From: Deltaproteobacteria bacterium
Lineage (GTDB): Bacteria > Myxococcota_A > Polyangia > Polyangiales > Houyiibacteriaceae
Direction of reading: 5' to 3'
Length of the DNA: 64,000 nucleotides
NCBI GenBank assembly: GCA_034670305.1
Contig: JAXMNT010000033.1
Span: forward strand, 1 to 64,000
The notes under the pieces were generated by a model, which searched no databases, was not told the origin of the DNA, and saw only the letters and a program-made list of their open reading frames with translations. This document shows positions 38,943 to 48,112 of the stretch, one piece after another; positions within the stretch are counted from its first letter, which is position 1; each line of letters opens with the position of its first letter. A program made the position numbers and the translations under genes.

Positions 38943-41051
38943 ATGCCGCGCAAAATTTTTCTCTTGTCGACGATGCTCTGCTCCCAGCTGCTGGGCTGCG
39001 GACTCATCCAGTTCCACGGCAACGTCCGAGTACAAGGGCCCGCCATCGCGTCGGGCTCGGTCGTCGCCGAAACCGAAGAGGCCAAGCTCGAAGGGGAAGC
39101 CTCACCGGTGATCGCGTCGTCGCAGGCGATCGGAGTTCCTGGAATCGCTTCGGCCACCGTCGTGGTTCAGGGAGAGGCATCGGCGGGTGCCACGGTCCGG
39201 GTCGACCGCGATCCGTTCGTCGCATCGAACGCACACTCGGGCGGCGTCGATGTGTCCGTGTCCGGAAGCACGGGTGCAATCTGGGACGACGACGCGAACG
39301 CTGATAACAGTGTCAGCGGCAGTGGCAGTGGCAGTGGCAGTGGCAGTGGCAGTGGCAGTGTCGGCGGCGGTAGTGGCAGCAGTGGCAGTGGCAGTGGCAG
39401 CGGCAGCGGCAGTGGCAGTGGCAGTGGCGGTGGCAGTGGCAGTGTCGGTGGCAGTGGCAGTGGCAGTGGCAGTGGCAGTGTCGGCGGCAGTGGCAGTGGC
39501 AGCGGCAGTGGCAGTGGCAGCGGCAGCGGCAGTGTCGGCGGCAGCGGCAGCGGCAGCGGCAGCGGCAGTGTCAGCGGCAGTGTTGGCGGCGATGTGCTCG
39601 TCGCGGATGCCAACGGGCGAATCGACGTGGTCTTGGCCGATCCGGTCTTCGACGGCAGCGTGGGCATCGCACCCGAGTTCCTCGGCGGCGGAACCGGCGT
39701 GCGCGGGATCGGTGGCAACGGGCGGGCGCACCTGCGCGGCTTGATGACCGGCGGCCTCAACGTCGATGGCTACCGGGTGCGGCTCGGCGATCTCGGTCCA
39801 CTCGGGGTGGCAGCGGATGGCGACGCAGATCTCGGCGGCGCCATCGACGCCGGCGCCGGACTCGAAGCGCGCGCCGAGCTCTCCCACGCCGTGCCCGCGT
39901 CGGGCGGCTCCACCGATCTGGTCGTGCACGTGCGGGGCAACGCCGCCACCGAGACGGCGCGTCCGCGGATCCGGGTGCACCTCGTCATCGATCGCAGCTC
40001 CTCGATGCACAGCAACTGGGTCGATGTCGTCGCGGCAGCGCGCCTGCTGGTCGGTCAGCTTCGGCCCGACGACATGATTCAGATCGTGGCCTACGGCGGC
40101 GACGCGGAAGAGGTGCTCTCGACCGTGCGCGTGGGCGACGGCAGTGCGGCCCGCCGCGCGCTCGGCCGCATCAACGTCGGCGGCGGCACCAACATCGAAG
40201 CCGGCCTGCGCATCGCGTACGGGGCCGCCGTCTCGACCCGGCGCAGCCCGACCGAACGCCCGGTGGTCATCCTGCTGAGCGACGGCGTCCCGAACGCGGG
40301 CGCCTTCGACGTCGCCGAGCTCGGACCGCTCGCGGCCGAAGCGCACGCCTCGGGCTGCGCGACCACCGTGGTGGGGCTCGGCAACCAGTTCGACGGCGCG
40401 CTCCTGCGCGGCATCGCCGACGCCGGCCGCGGCAGTTACCACATCGCGCGGGACGGCGCGGATCTCAGCGCCGTGTTGCGTGCGGAGCTGAGCGCCCGCG
40501 TTCGCATCGCCGCGCGCGACGTCGGCGTGCAGGTCGCGCTGCCGGACGGGGTCGAACTCCTCGGCGCGCTGCCCGACGGCCTCATCCGCACCGAGGGCGG
40601 CGTCGCCCTCGCGGCCGCCGATCTGAGCGCGGGTGAAGAACGCCGCGTGCGCATCAAGATCCGCGTCCGCGCGAACGTGCGCGTCGTGGCCCGCGTGCAG
40701 GTCGGGTGGAAGTCCGCCGCCGGCGCGTCGCTGCACGCTGAACGGTCGATCGGCGCCACCGCCGCCTCCCTGGCCGCACGCTTCGCCGTCGCCGACGCCC
40801 ACCTCGGCGCAGCCCTCGACGCCGCAAGCCAGCACGTGCTCAACGGCCGCGCCGAACAGGCCGCCTCCGTCCTCCGCGCCCACGTGAACGGCCCCGGCCG
40901 CGCCCGCGTCTCCGGCCGCCTCCAGATCCGAACCCAGCAAGTCGGCCGCATGGCCACCGCGCTCGAATCCCTCGTCGCCCCCGCCACCCACACCGAACGC
41001 CGCGAAGTCTCCCTCGCCATGGGCGCCCTCGCCGCCCGCCTCCTGAGGTAG
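38943..41051 (+). CDS. VWA-domain lipoprotein with Gly/Ser low-complexity linker
   Basis: Lipobox LLGC; MIDAS elements VIDRSSSM, GGTNIEAGL, LLSDG.PN.G, TVVGLG..FD..LL..IA..GRG.Y. Confidence 0.88.
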   Translation: MPRKIFLLSTMLCSQLLGCGLIQFHGNVRVQGPAIASGSVVAETEEAKLEGEASPVIASSQAIGVPGIASATVVVQGEASAGATVRVDRDPFVASNAHSGGVDVSVSGSTGAIWDDDANADNSVSGSGSGSGSGSGSGSVGGGSGSSGSGSGSGSGSGSGSGGGSGSVGGSGSGSGSGSVGGSGSGSGSGSGSGSGSVGGSGSGSGSGSVSGSVGGDVLVADANGRIDVVLADPVFDGSVGIAPEFLGGGTGVRGIGGNGRAHLRGLMTGGLNVDGYRVRLGDLGPLGVAADGDADLGGAIDAGAGLEARAELSHAVPASGGSTDLVVHVRGNAATETARPRIRVHLVIDRSSSMHSNWVDVVAAARLLVGQLRPDDMIQIVAYGGDAEEVLSTVRVGDGSAARRALGRINVGGGTNIEAGLRIAYGAAVSTRRSPTERPVVILLSDGVPNAGAFDVAELGPLAAEAHASGCATTVVGLGNQFDGALLRGIADAGRGSYHIARDGADLSAVLRAELSARVRIAARDVGVQVALPDGVELLGALPDGLIRTEGGVALAAADLSAGEERRVRIKIRVRANVRVVARVQVGWKSAAGASLHAERSIGATAASLAARFAVADAHLGAALDAASQHVLNGRAEQAASVLRAHVNGPGRARVSGRLQIRTQQVGRMATALESLVAPATHTERREVSLAMGALAARLLR
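39309..39588. repeat. In-frame (GGCAGT/GGCAGC)n array encoding a GS repeat
   Basis: Visible hexamer periodicity inside the VWA gene. Confidence 0.92.
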
Positions 41052-41052
41052 G

Positions 41053-41232
41053 GGGCACGGGCACGGGCACGGGCACCGCGCACCCGCTCCTTCGGAGTCG
41101 GAGTCGGCTTCGGCTTCGGATTCGGCTTCGGCTTCGGCTTCGGCTTCGGATTCGGCTTCGGCGTCGGCTTCGGCTTCGGAATCGGCGTCGGCGTCGGCTG
41201 CGGGCACGGGCACGGGCACGGGCACGGGCAAG
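41053..41232. repeat. Composite hexamer array (GGGCAC)n-(TTCGGC/GTCGGC)n-(GGGCAC)n
   Basis: Visible directly after the VWA gene stop. Confidence 0.9.
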
Positions 41233-41279
41233 GGGGGCTCGCTTCCGCGAGCCCGGCCATTTGTGTCAGCCTCTCCTCC

Positions 41280-42344
41280 ATGGCCTCGAAAGCACTCCAG
41301 CAGAAACTGAGCGTGGCGGTCGCCCGCACGGTCCTCTCTCTCCCGCCGCGGCTCGCGAAACGTTTCGCCCGTCCGCCGGTGCGCACACAGGGACAGACCC
41401 TCGATCCGCACCTCCAGATCCTGCTCAAGCTCGGACAGTCCGCGCCCGACGGGTTCGAACGCTCGGAGAGCGTGGCCGCGGCGCGCACCTACTACGAGGG
41501 TGTGGCCAAGTTGGAAGCGCCGGTTCCCGCGTGCACGAGCCGCGACATGCACCTCGACGTCAACGGAACGAAGCTGCCCATCCGCACCTACCGCGCGCCA
41601 TCGACGCCGGCACAGAACGCGTCGTGCGTGGTCTACTTTCACGGCGGCGGGTTCGTCATCGGCAGCCTGGATACGCACGAGAACACCTGCCGCCGCATCG
41701 CGCATCGCACCGGCGCGGTCGTGGTGTCCGTCGACTACCGGCTCGGACCCGAACACGTCTTTCCCACCGGCCACGAAGACGCGCGCGCCGCGACCGAGTG
41801 GGTCCTCGAAAACGCAGCGTCGCTCGGCGTGGACCCGCAGCGCGTCGCAGTGGCCGGCGACAGCGCCGGAGGCAACCTCGCCGCATCGGTGAGTCAGCAG
41901 GTGGCCGGCCTGAAGTTCGCGCTGCTGATCTACCCGACGACGGACCAGACCGTGCGCGTGGAGTCCCGCTCGCTCTTCGGCCAGGGGTTCGCGCTGGACG
42001 AGACGAGCGCCGACTGGTGTTTCAGTCTCTACCAACCGGAGGGATCGGACCCGCGCATCAGTCCACGCGTCGGCGATTTCTCGCGGGTACCGCCCACGCA
42101 CATCGCCATTGCCGGCTTCGACATTCTTCGCGACGAGGCGCTCGAGTACGCAGAAGCGCTGGAAGCGGCCGGCGTGCCGGTCACCCGGACCTTGCATGCG
42201 TCGATGGTCCACGGCTTCATTCACATGACCCGCACCAAGTCGGCACGGGACGCCACGAACGACGCCATCGACATGCTTCGCCGCGGACTCGACGCGCCTG
42301 CACACACGAGTCCCTCGGCCTCGGGCCCCCGCGCCCATGCGTGA
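41280..42344 (+). CDS. HSL-family alpha/beta hydrolase (esterase/lipase)
   Basis: YFHGGGF, SVDYRL.PEH.FP, GDSAGGNLA, D.LRDE...YA..L, HGF. Confidence 0.95.
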   Translation: MASKALQQKLSVAVARTVLSLPPRLAKRFARPPVRTQGQTLDPHLQILLKLGQSAPDGFERSESVAAARTYYEGVAKLEAPVPACTSRDMHLDVNGTKLPIRTYRAPSTPAQNASCVVYFHGGGFVIGSLDTHENTCRRIAHRTGAVVVSVDYRLGPEHVFPTGHEDARAATEWVLENAASLGVDPQRVAVAGDSAGGNLAASVSQQVAGLKFALLIYPTTDQTVRVESRSLFGQGFALDETSADWCFSLYQPEGSDPRISPRVGDFSRVPPTHIAIAGFDILRDEALEYAEALEAAGVPVTRTLHASMVHGFIHMTRTKSARDATNDAIDMLRRGLDAPAHTSPSASGPRAHA

Positions 42345-43155
42345 AGGTCGGCCGAGCCTGACCGCGGTGCTGGTCTCCGCGGCACGCTCGGTGGGCCCAG
42401 CGCGGCAGGACGAGCTCGCGCCTTCGTTGCTTCCCCCGCTGGTCGGTCGCGTACTCGGCGGGCTGGCGCGACACCGCGCCACCCGGGCGCTGGTTCGGGC
42501 AGCCAGCCTCGGCATGGTCGACCATCTCGCCCTGCGCACCGCAGCCATCGACCGGGTCGTCCGGCATGGGGTCGAAGATGGCGCGACCCAGGTCGTGATC
42601 TTGGGTGCGGGGCTCGACACCCGCGCCTGGAGACTTGGCCTTCGCGACGTTCGGGTCTTCGAAGTCGATCACCCCGACACGCAGCAGCGCAAACGCAGGC
42701 TCGCGCCGAGCGACGGCGCGCCGGACTACGTGAGCGTGGACTTCGGCAAGGAGCGGGTTGGCGACGCGCTCGACGCAGCACCTTCGTTCGACCCGAGCGC
42801 TCGCACCGTATGGGTCTGGGAAGGGGTGACGATGTACCTGCCCCCGGTCGCGGTCGCCGAGACGTTGGCTCAAGTCGCCGACCGCAGCGCCGTCGGCAGC
42901 ACCCTCGCGATGACCTACCTCTCCACCGCTGGGGTGCCGGTTCCGAAGCTCGTCGATGCGGCGTTCGATGGACTCTTCGGCGAGGCGCTCGAGTCGCGCT
43001 ACACGCCCGCCGACGTTCAACGGCTCCTGGCCGCGCACCAGTTCGAGGTGACCGAGGACCACAACTCCAACGGGTGGGACCGCGATTGGGGAGGGAACCC
43101 GCGGCTGGCCGGTATCCTGAGGGCAGAACGACTGGTGGTCGGGGTACGGACGTAG
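42337..43155 (+). CDS. SAM-dependent methyltransferase (LCM/TcmP-like)
   Basis: RT..ID, QVVILGAGLDTRAWR, FEVDHP.T...K, WEGVTMYL. Confidence 0.92.
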   Translation: MREGRPSLTAVLVSAARSVGPARQDELAPSLLPPLVGRVLGGLARHRATRALVRAASLGMVDHLALRTAAIDRVVRHGVEDGATQVVILGAGLDTRAWRLGLRDVRVFEVDHPDTQQRKRRLAPSDGAPDYVSVDFGKERVGDALDAAPSFDPSARTVWVWEGVTMYLPPVAVAETLAQVADRSAVGSTLAMTYLSTAGVPVPKLVDAAFDGLFGEALESRYTPADVQRLLAAHQFEVTEDHNSNGWDRDWGGNPRLAGILRAERLVVGVRT

Positions 43156-43265
43156 ATGTGCCCGTGTGCCAGCCCGCACCGCCTGTGAAGGATTGGATAC
43201 GGTCCGCCACGAAGTCGCCCCTCCTTTGTCCCTGGTTTTCCGGCACAAGCCCCGTCTCACGCCCT

Positions 43266-43281
43266 CGGCACGCGCCTTGCT
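43266..43281 (+). promoter_or_regulatory. Putative sigma-54 promoter
   Basis: CGGCACGCGCCTTGCT matches the -24/-12 consensus (GG-N10-GC), 35 nt upstream of ATG 43316 with a GGAG RBS in between. Confidence 0.65.
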
Positions 43282-43315
43282 CTACTCGGGCCATCTCACC
43301 CACGGAGTTCCTCCC

Positions 43316-43876
43316 ATGACGCCCGCCTCCTTCGCCCCTTTCTCCTCGGTCCTGCTCGCCGCCGCCCTCTGCTTCTCGAGCGGATGTCTCTTTCCCGACT
43401 TCTTCGACGTGGGCGACGACGACTATTCCGGTTACGGGAACGAGCTCGAGACGAGCAACCCCTCACTGCAGGGAGAACTCGGGGAACGTGAGTTCGCCGG
43501 CGAACGCGCCCGGGTGACCGAGAGCTACTCGTTCACCAACCAGACGAGCATCGAGATCCACGTCTCGAACCGCGGCGGGGCGGCCATGAACGTGCTCAAC
43601 CTGAACGTCTCGGTGGAGGACATCGAAGTCGGCGACATCTACGAGAACAACGTGGGCGACTACGATGCGGACGTGGACATCCTCGGGTGTGCGGGTCCCT
43701 CCGAAGGCAACTGGGACTTCGACAGCTACGCCGACCAGATCACGGTGACCGTGCACGAAGGCAGCACGCCCGACTCGGTCGTGCTCGTGTACGAAGCCCG
43801 ATGGGACGCAGACTTCGGAGACTCGTCCTCGGAGATTCAGGGCAGCGTCGAGGTCAACCGCGGCACCACCCGCTGA
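43316..43876 (+). CDS. Hypothetical acidic lipoprotein
   Basis: Signal peptide with SSGC lipobox; GGAG RBS; followed by a terminator. Confidence 0.75.
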   Translation: MTPASFAPFSSVLLAAALCFSSGCLFPDFFDVGDDDYSGYGNELETSNPSLQGELGEREFAGERARVTESYSFTNQTSIEIHVSNRGGAAMNVLNLNVSVEDIEVGDIYENNVGDYDADVDILGCAGPSEGNWDFDSYADQITVTVHEGSTPDSVVLVYEARWDADFGDSSSEIQGSVEVNRGTTR

Positions 43877-43899
43877 GCGTTCGGCAACCAGGTGAGTCG

Positions 43900-43930
43900 A
43901 GGCCGGCGTCCGAAAGACGTCGGCCTTTTT
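43900..43930 (+). terminator. Rho-independent terminator
   Basis: Stem GGCCGGCGTC-CGAAA-GACGTCGGCC followed by TTTTT. Confidence 0.85.
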
Positions 43931-43961
43931 CGTTCGCCTTGGCGTGGCGTACCATCGCCGC

Positions 43962-44708
43962 ATGAACAAGACCGCCGCTGCGAACCCGCCCAAGAAGGCA
44001 CCCGCTCGGAAGAAGGGGCCCGCCCAAAAGGCGCCGGCCCGGAAGAAGGGCCCGCCCAAGAAGGCACCCGCTCGGAAGAAGGGCCCGGCTGTGAAGGCCC
44101 CCGCCAAGAAGAAAGCCCCCGCCAAGAAGAAGGCCCCCGCCAAGAAGAAGGCCCCCGCCAAGAAGAAAGCCCCCGCCAAGAAGAAAGCCCCCGCCAAGAA
44201 GAAGGCCCCCGCCAAGAAGAAGGCCCCCGCCAAGAAGAAAGCCCCCGCCAAGAAGACGGCCCCCGCCAAGAAGAAGGCCCCCGCCAAGAAGAAAGCCCCC
44301 GCCAAGAAGACGGCCCCCGCCAAGAAGAAAGCCCCCGCCAAGAAGAAGGCCAAGAGCCCGCTTCCGGCCGTGGCGGAAGCGCTCCTCGTGCGGGTGCGGA
44401 CGCTCGTGAAACGGCGCAAAGGGCTGTTCGAAGAGCGCCGCATGTTCGGTGGCGTGGCGTTCCTCTTTCACGGGCACATGACCGTCGGAGTCAGCGGCAA
44501 ACACCCTCGGCAGATGACCGTGCGGGTGGGCAAAGACGGGCACGCCGACGCGCTCGCACAGCCGCACGCCACCCCCATGACGTTCACTGGCCGCACGATG
44601 AAGGGATTCGTCTTCGTCGATCAGAAAGGGCTGACCTCGGACGCGGCGCTCCAAGCCTGGTTCGACCGGTCGCTCGCGCACGCCCGCACGCTTCCGCCCA
44701 AGTACTGA
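43962..44708 (+). CDS. TfoX/Sxy N-terminal-like domain protein with histone-H1-like (APAKKK)n N-terminus
   Basis: 14 x 18-nt repeats at 44097-44348; C-terminal E.RMFGG.AFL..GHM.VG, VRVG, GR.MKGFVFV, W...SLA...TLPPK. Confidence 0.85.
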   Translation: MNKTAAANPPKKAPARKKGPAQKAPARKKGPPKKAPARKKGPAVKAPAKKKAPAKKKAPAKKKAPAKKKAPAKKKAPAKKKAPAKKKAPAKKKAPAKKTAPAKKKAPAKKKAPAKKTAPAKKKAPAKKKAKSPLPAVAEALLVRVRTLVKRRKGLFEERRMFGGVAFLFHGHMTVGVSGKHPRQMTVRVGKDGHADALAQPHATPMTFTGRTMKGFVFVDQKGLTSDAALQAWFDRSLAHARTLPPKY

Positions 44709-44760
44709 TCGCGCCACGGCGCTCAGGGCGCGCCGGAACGGGTCTGGTAGACTGAGAAAA

Positions 44761-45819
44761 ATGGGCCCGATCGACGCACGCGTGATCCGCGAGAGCCTGG
44801 GACGCTGGGGCGACGTGACCGACGCGCTCTGCGCGGTGCTCCGTGACTCCGACACGCGATCCGATGCCCTCGAAGCATCCGTCCGCCACCGAGCCGGGGC
44901 GTTCGTCGGCCACCGCATGATGATCGAAGGGGTCGACGCCGCGACGGCGCTGGCGGTCCTGAACGTACTCGGGTTCGACCTGCAGGAGTCGCCCTTCGCC
45001 GAACGGGTGGCGCGGGCGCCGGAGCTCCTGGCGATCGCCGGCTGGGATGCGGGCGGAGCGGAACTGGTCGGCAAGCTCTACCTCAACGGGTCGGACGCGT
45101 CGGCTGCGGTCCGCGCCGAGCTCGCTCGGGCGTTCGGCTTGCCGGCCGAGGCCGGCGCGCCGCACCTCATCGGGTTCAACCTCCTCCGCGGCGGGACGGG
45201 CCTCGCCATCGAAACCAAAATCTACGACCAGTGGGCGTCCCTGGCGGAGTGTGCGGACGACGACGTCCCGCCCTTCCTCGCGGACTGGCTCGGTGCGGCC
45301 GTGCCCGCGGGCCTCGTGCGGTCTCGCGTCGTCGACGACGGCAAGATCTCCACCAAGGCATGGTTCGTCGCACCGCGCGCGAACGACGTCGCGGAGATCC
45401 TGACGCGGGTTTCAGGGTTCGATGGGGACCGGGCGCGCACCTGCGTCCCGTTCAAGACCGGCGTCTTGAAGAGCATCGGAGGTCCGCCGGACGGGTCGAG
45501 CTGGACCCTCTACTTCAAACCCGAGGGCGCCGGCGACGCCCCCCACGCCCTCGATCCGGTGGCGTGTTTCGGGACCGAAGAGGGTGAGGTCGGGCTCTAC
45601 GTCGCGCCGAACGAAGGCACGCCCCGAGCGTATGTGCGGACCGCCCACCACGCGCTCTCCTATCGAGTCCGCGAAGGACAGCCCGCGTCCGGGGAGATCG
45701 AGGCGTTGATGACTTGGGCGGAAACACGCGTCCGGGCGTGCGAAGAAACCTCTCCCGTGGAACTGTCCGCCATCGACCTCCGCCAACCCCCAGCGCCCTG
45801 GTGCCCCCGTGACCACTGA
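44761..45819 (+). CDS. Hypothetical protein with C-terminal cluster-shared domain
   Basis: Good ORF overlapping the next gene by 11 nt; KLY/KIY beta-strand motifs; C-terminal AYVRTAHHALSY. Confidence 0.7.
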   Translation: MGPIDARVIRESLGRWGDVTDALCAVLRDSDTRSDALEASVRHRAGAFVGHRMMIEGVDAATALAVLNVLGFDLQESPFAERVARAPELLAIAGWDAGGAELVGKLYLNGSDASAAVRAELARAFGLPAEAGAPHLIGFNLLRGGTGLAIETKIYDQWASLAECADDDVPPFLADWLGAAVPAGLVRSRVVDDGKISTKAWFVAPRANDVAEILTRVSGFDGDRARTCVPFKTGVLKSIGGPPDGSSWTLYFKPEGAGDAPHALDPVACFGTEEGEVGLYVAPNEGTPRAYVRTAHHALSYRVREGQPASGEIEALMTWAETRVRACEETSPVELSAIDLRQPPAPWCPRDH

Positions 45820-46687
45820 ACCGGCCTCCGAAGCGCCGCTCCTTCCCGCCGGGCCGGCCGACCGCCACTTCGACTACTGCCTCCAACCGTATCGGCCGAG
45901 GACCACGACGCGTGGCAAGGCGCGTTCAGAGAACCTGCTGTGGCATGCGCTGGACGCCTGCGGCCTGTCCGCGGCGAGGCCCGCACTGCATGCACTTCAG
46001 GACGCGCTCGGCCGCGACATGACCGTGTGGGGATGGAAGTTCGACGGAAAACAGAACTGGGTCGAGCTCTACTTCTACGACCCGCAGAAGGAAGATGTGC
46101 GGGCGAGCGTGCCTGGCCTCAAGGAGATCCTCGCACCGCATCTCGCGCTCACCCCCGAGGTCCCGGACTGGGTGCGCTACATGATGGTCAGCTTCGATCT
46201 GAAGCCCGAGACGTTCGAGACCGGCGTCGTCGACGAGGTCAACCTGTACCTCACCGGCACCGACGAACACGCCGGGCGTTCCTACCGCGTGCGCGGGGGC
46301 GAAGCGCGGCTCGACAACACCTACCGATTCTTGCCGCCCAAACAAGAGATCGACACGGTGCTCTCGCTCCTGCAGAGCAGCATGTTCATCGACTACGACA
46401 CCTCGCCGACGGTGCTCTCGAAAGTGTTGATACCCAACCTCTTCGCCTGCAAGCGCATCTGCATCGCGAAGAAGCAGCAGAGCGACGGGGTCTACTACTC
46501 GGGCATCGACATCGACCAGCTGCTCTGGTTTCTGAAGGCGTTCCACTACCCCGCGCCGATCCAGGCGTTTGTGCGCCGACACAAGGTGCGGTTCGAACAC
46601 CTCTTCTTCGACGTCGGGATCGACACGCGCCAGCACCCGGACAAACGCATCCACTATCCGAAATCCAGCTTCTACGGGACGCTCTGA
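45809..46687 (+). CDS. Hypothetical aromatic-rich protein
   Basis: Strong coding bias; motifs TVWGWK...ELYFYD, MVSFDL, DGVYYSG, SFYGTL. Confidence 0.8.
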   Translation: MTTEPASEAPLLPAGPADRHFDYCLQPYRPRTTTRGKARSENLLWHALDACGLSAARPALHALQDALGRDMTVWGWKFDGKQNWVELYFYDPQKEDVRASVPGLKEILAPHLALTPEVPDWVRYMMVSFDLKPETFETGVVDEVNLYLTGTDEHAGRSYRVRGGEARLDNTYRFLPPKQEIDTVLSLLQSSMFIDYDTSPTVLSKVLIPNLFACKRICIAKKQQSDGVYYSGIDIDQLLWFLKAFHYPAPIQAFVRRHKVRFEHLFFDVGIDTRQHPDKRIHYPKSSFYGTL

Positions 46688-46730
46688 TGCGCCCTTTGGA
46701 ATCAGACACCCGTGTTCAGGCGGTGTTCTA

Positions 46731-48065
46731 GTGCAGAGCTACAAAGGCCGCTTCGATCCCACCCGCTTCGAAGACCTGACCGTCACGATCGACTTCCGCT
46801 GTCACAGCGCGTGTCGGTTCTGCATCGTGCAGGAGGGCATGAACTACTTCAAAGGCGTCCCGCTCGAGCGGTTTCGAGCGGTCGTCGCGGACAATACGAA
46901 GGCGCCGCGCTACCGGCGGGTGACCTTCACCGGCGGCGAGGTGAGCCTCGACAAGAGCCTGTTCGACTACCTCGCGGTGGCCCGCGAATCGGGCAGCTTC
47001 GACCACATCCGGATCCAGACGAACGGCCGGCCGATGGCCGACGAAGCGTTCACGCAGAAGCTCATCGATGCGGGCGTCGATGAGTTCTTCGTCTCGCTGC
47101 ATGGCGCCGACGCGAAGACGCAGGACTACATCTCGCAGCGCGAGGGGTCCTTCGACGAAGCGATGCGCGGGCTGGCCAACCTCCGCAAACACGACGTCGT
47201 CGTGATGACGAACACGGTGCTCACGACGTTGAACGCGCATCAGCTTCCGGAGATCGTCGAAACGGTTCGCCACATCGCGCCGACCCGCATGGAGTTCTGG
47301 TACTACCTGCCGATGGAGGACTTCGGGGACGAGCGCGGGCTCCTCCCGACGATGGACGTGCTCATTCCTCCCCTGAAAGCCGCCATCGGCAAGGCCAAGG
47401 CATACGGCTTCGGGGTGGCGGTGAAATACGTGCCGCAGTGCCTCCTCGGAGAACACGGCGACGTCGTCGACAACACCCAGCCGGACGTGGTGATCGTCGA
47501 AGACTTCTACGACGTCTACCCGCAGTTCGCGTGCCTCTACGAAGCCAAGTGCGAACACAGCGAGACCTGCCTCGGGCTGCACTACCCCTACATCGAAAAG
47601 TACGGCTGGGAGAAGGACGCCCTGACCCCGGTGGCGCGCACGACGCCCTGGCGGGAGCCGGAGTACGGCCTCTCCCTGCCCTCCGACGATCCCGGAGGCC
47701 AGGAAACCGAGCGCACCGATCAGCCCACGTGGCGCCACCTCGTCGAAGGCGTCGCCGAAGCACACGACATGGTGCTGGCGTCGGTGGTGCTCGACCGGCG
47801 CCGGTGCATCTACCGGTTCGAGTCCCCGGACTCGGAGACCAGCGTCGACCTCGTGCTCACCGCACGCAGCATGGAGCGCAAAGCGCTCGCGCGTTCGGCC
47901 TCGTTCAACATGCACTACCGGAACGTCTTCGGGGATCCCTCCTCGCTTCAGACGGTGCTCCGCGCAGCGATCGACCAGATCCGCGCCCGCGACAGCGGCG
48001 AACTCATGCTCGACGAACGCAAGGGGCTCGTCGGCCCGGACGCGTTCCGCCGCCCCCGCAAGTAG
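46731..48065 (+). CDS. Radical SAM protein (HxsC-like) with Cys-rich auxiliary site and C-terminal shared domain
   Basis: CHSACRFC, FTGGE, IQTNG, FFVSLHG; PQC...CLYEAKCEHSETCLG; GTG start 46731. Confidence 0.92.
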   Translation: MQSYKGRFDPTRFEDLTVTIDFRCHSACRFCIVQEGMNYFKGVPLERFRAVVADNTKAPRYRRVTFTGGEVSLDKSLFDYLAVARESGSFDHIRIQTNGRPMADEAFTQKLIDAGVDEFFVSLHGADAKTQDYISQREGSFDEAMRGLANLRKHDVVVMTNTVLTTLNAHQLPEIVETVRHIAPTRMEFWYYLPMEDFGDERGLLPTMDVLIPPLKAAIGKAKAYGFGVAVKYVPQCLLGEHGDVVDNTQPDVVIVEDFYDVYPQFACLYEAKCEHSETCLGLHYPYIEKYGWEKDALTPVARTTPWREPEYGLSLPSDDPGGQETERTDQPTWRHLVEGVAEAHDMVLASVVLDRRRCIYRFESPDSETSVDLVLTARSMERKALARSASFNMHYRNVFGDPSSLQTVLRAAIDQIRARDSGELMLDERKGLVGPDAFRRPRK

Positions 48066-48112
48066 CGGAGGAGGCGGCGGTTCGGCCAAGACCGACCGCG
48101 GCGAGCTGCTGG

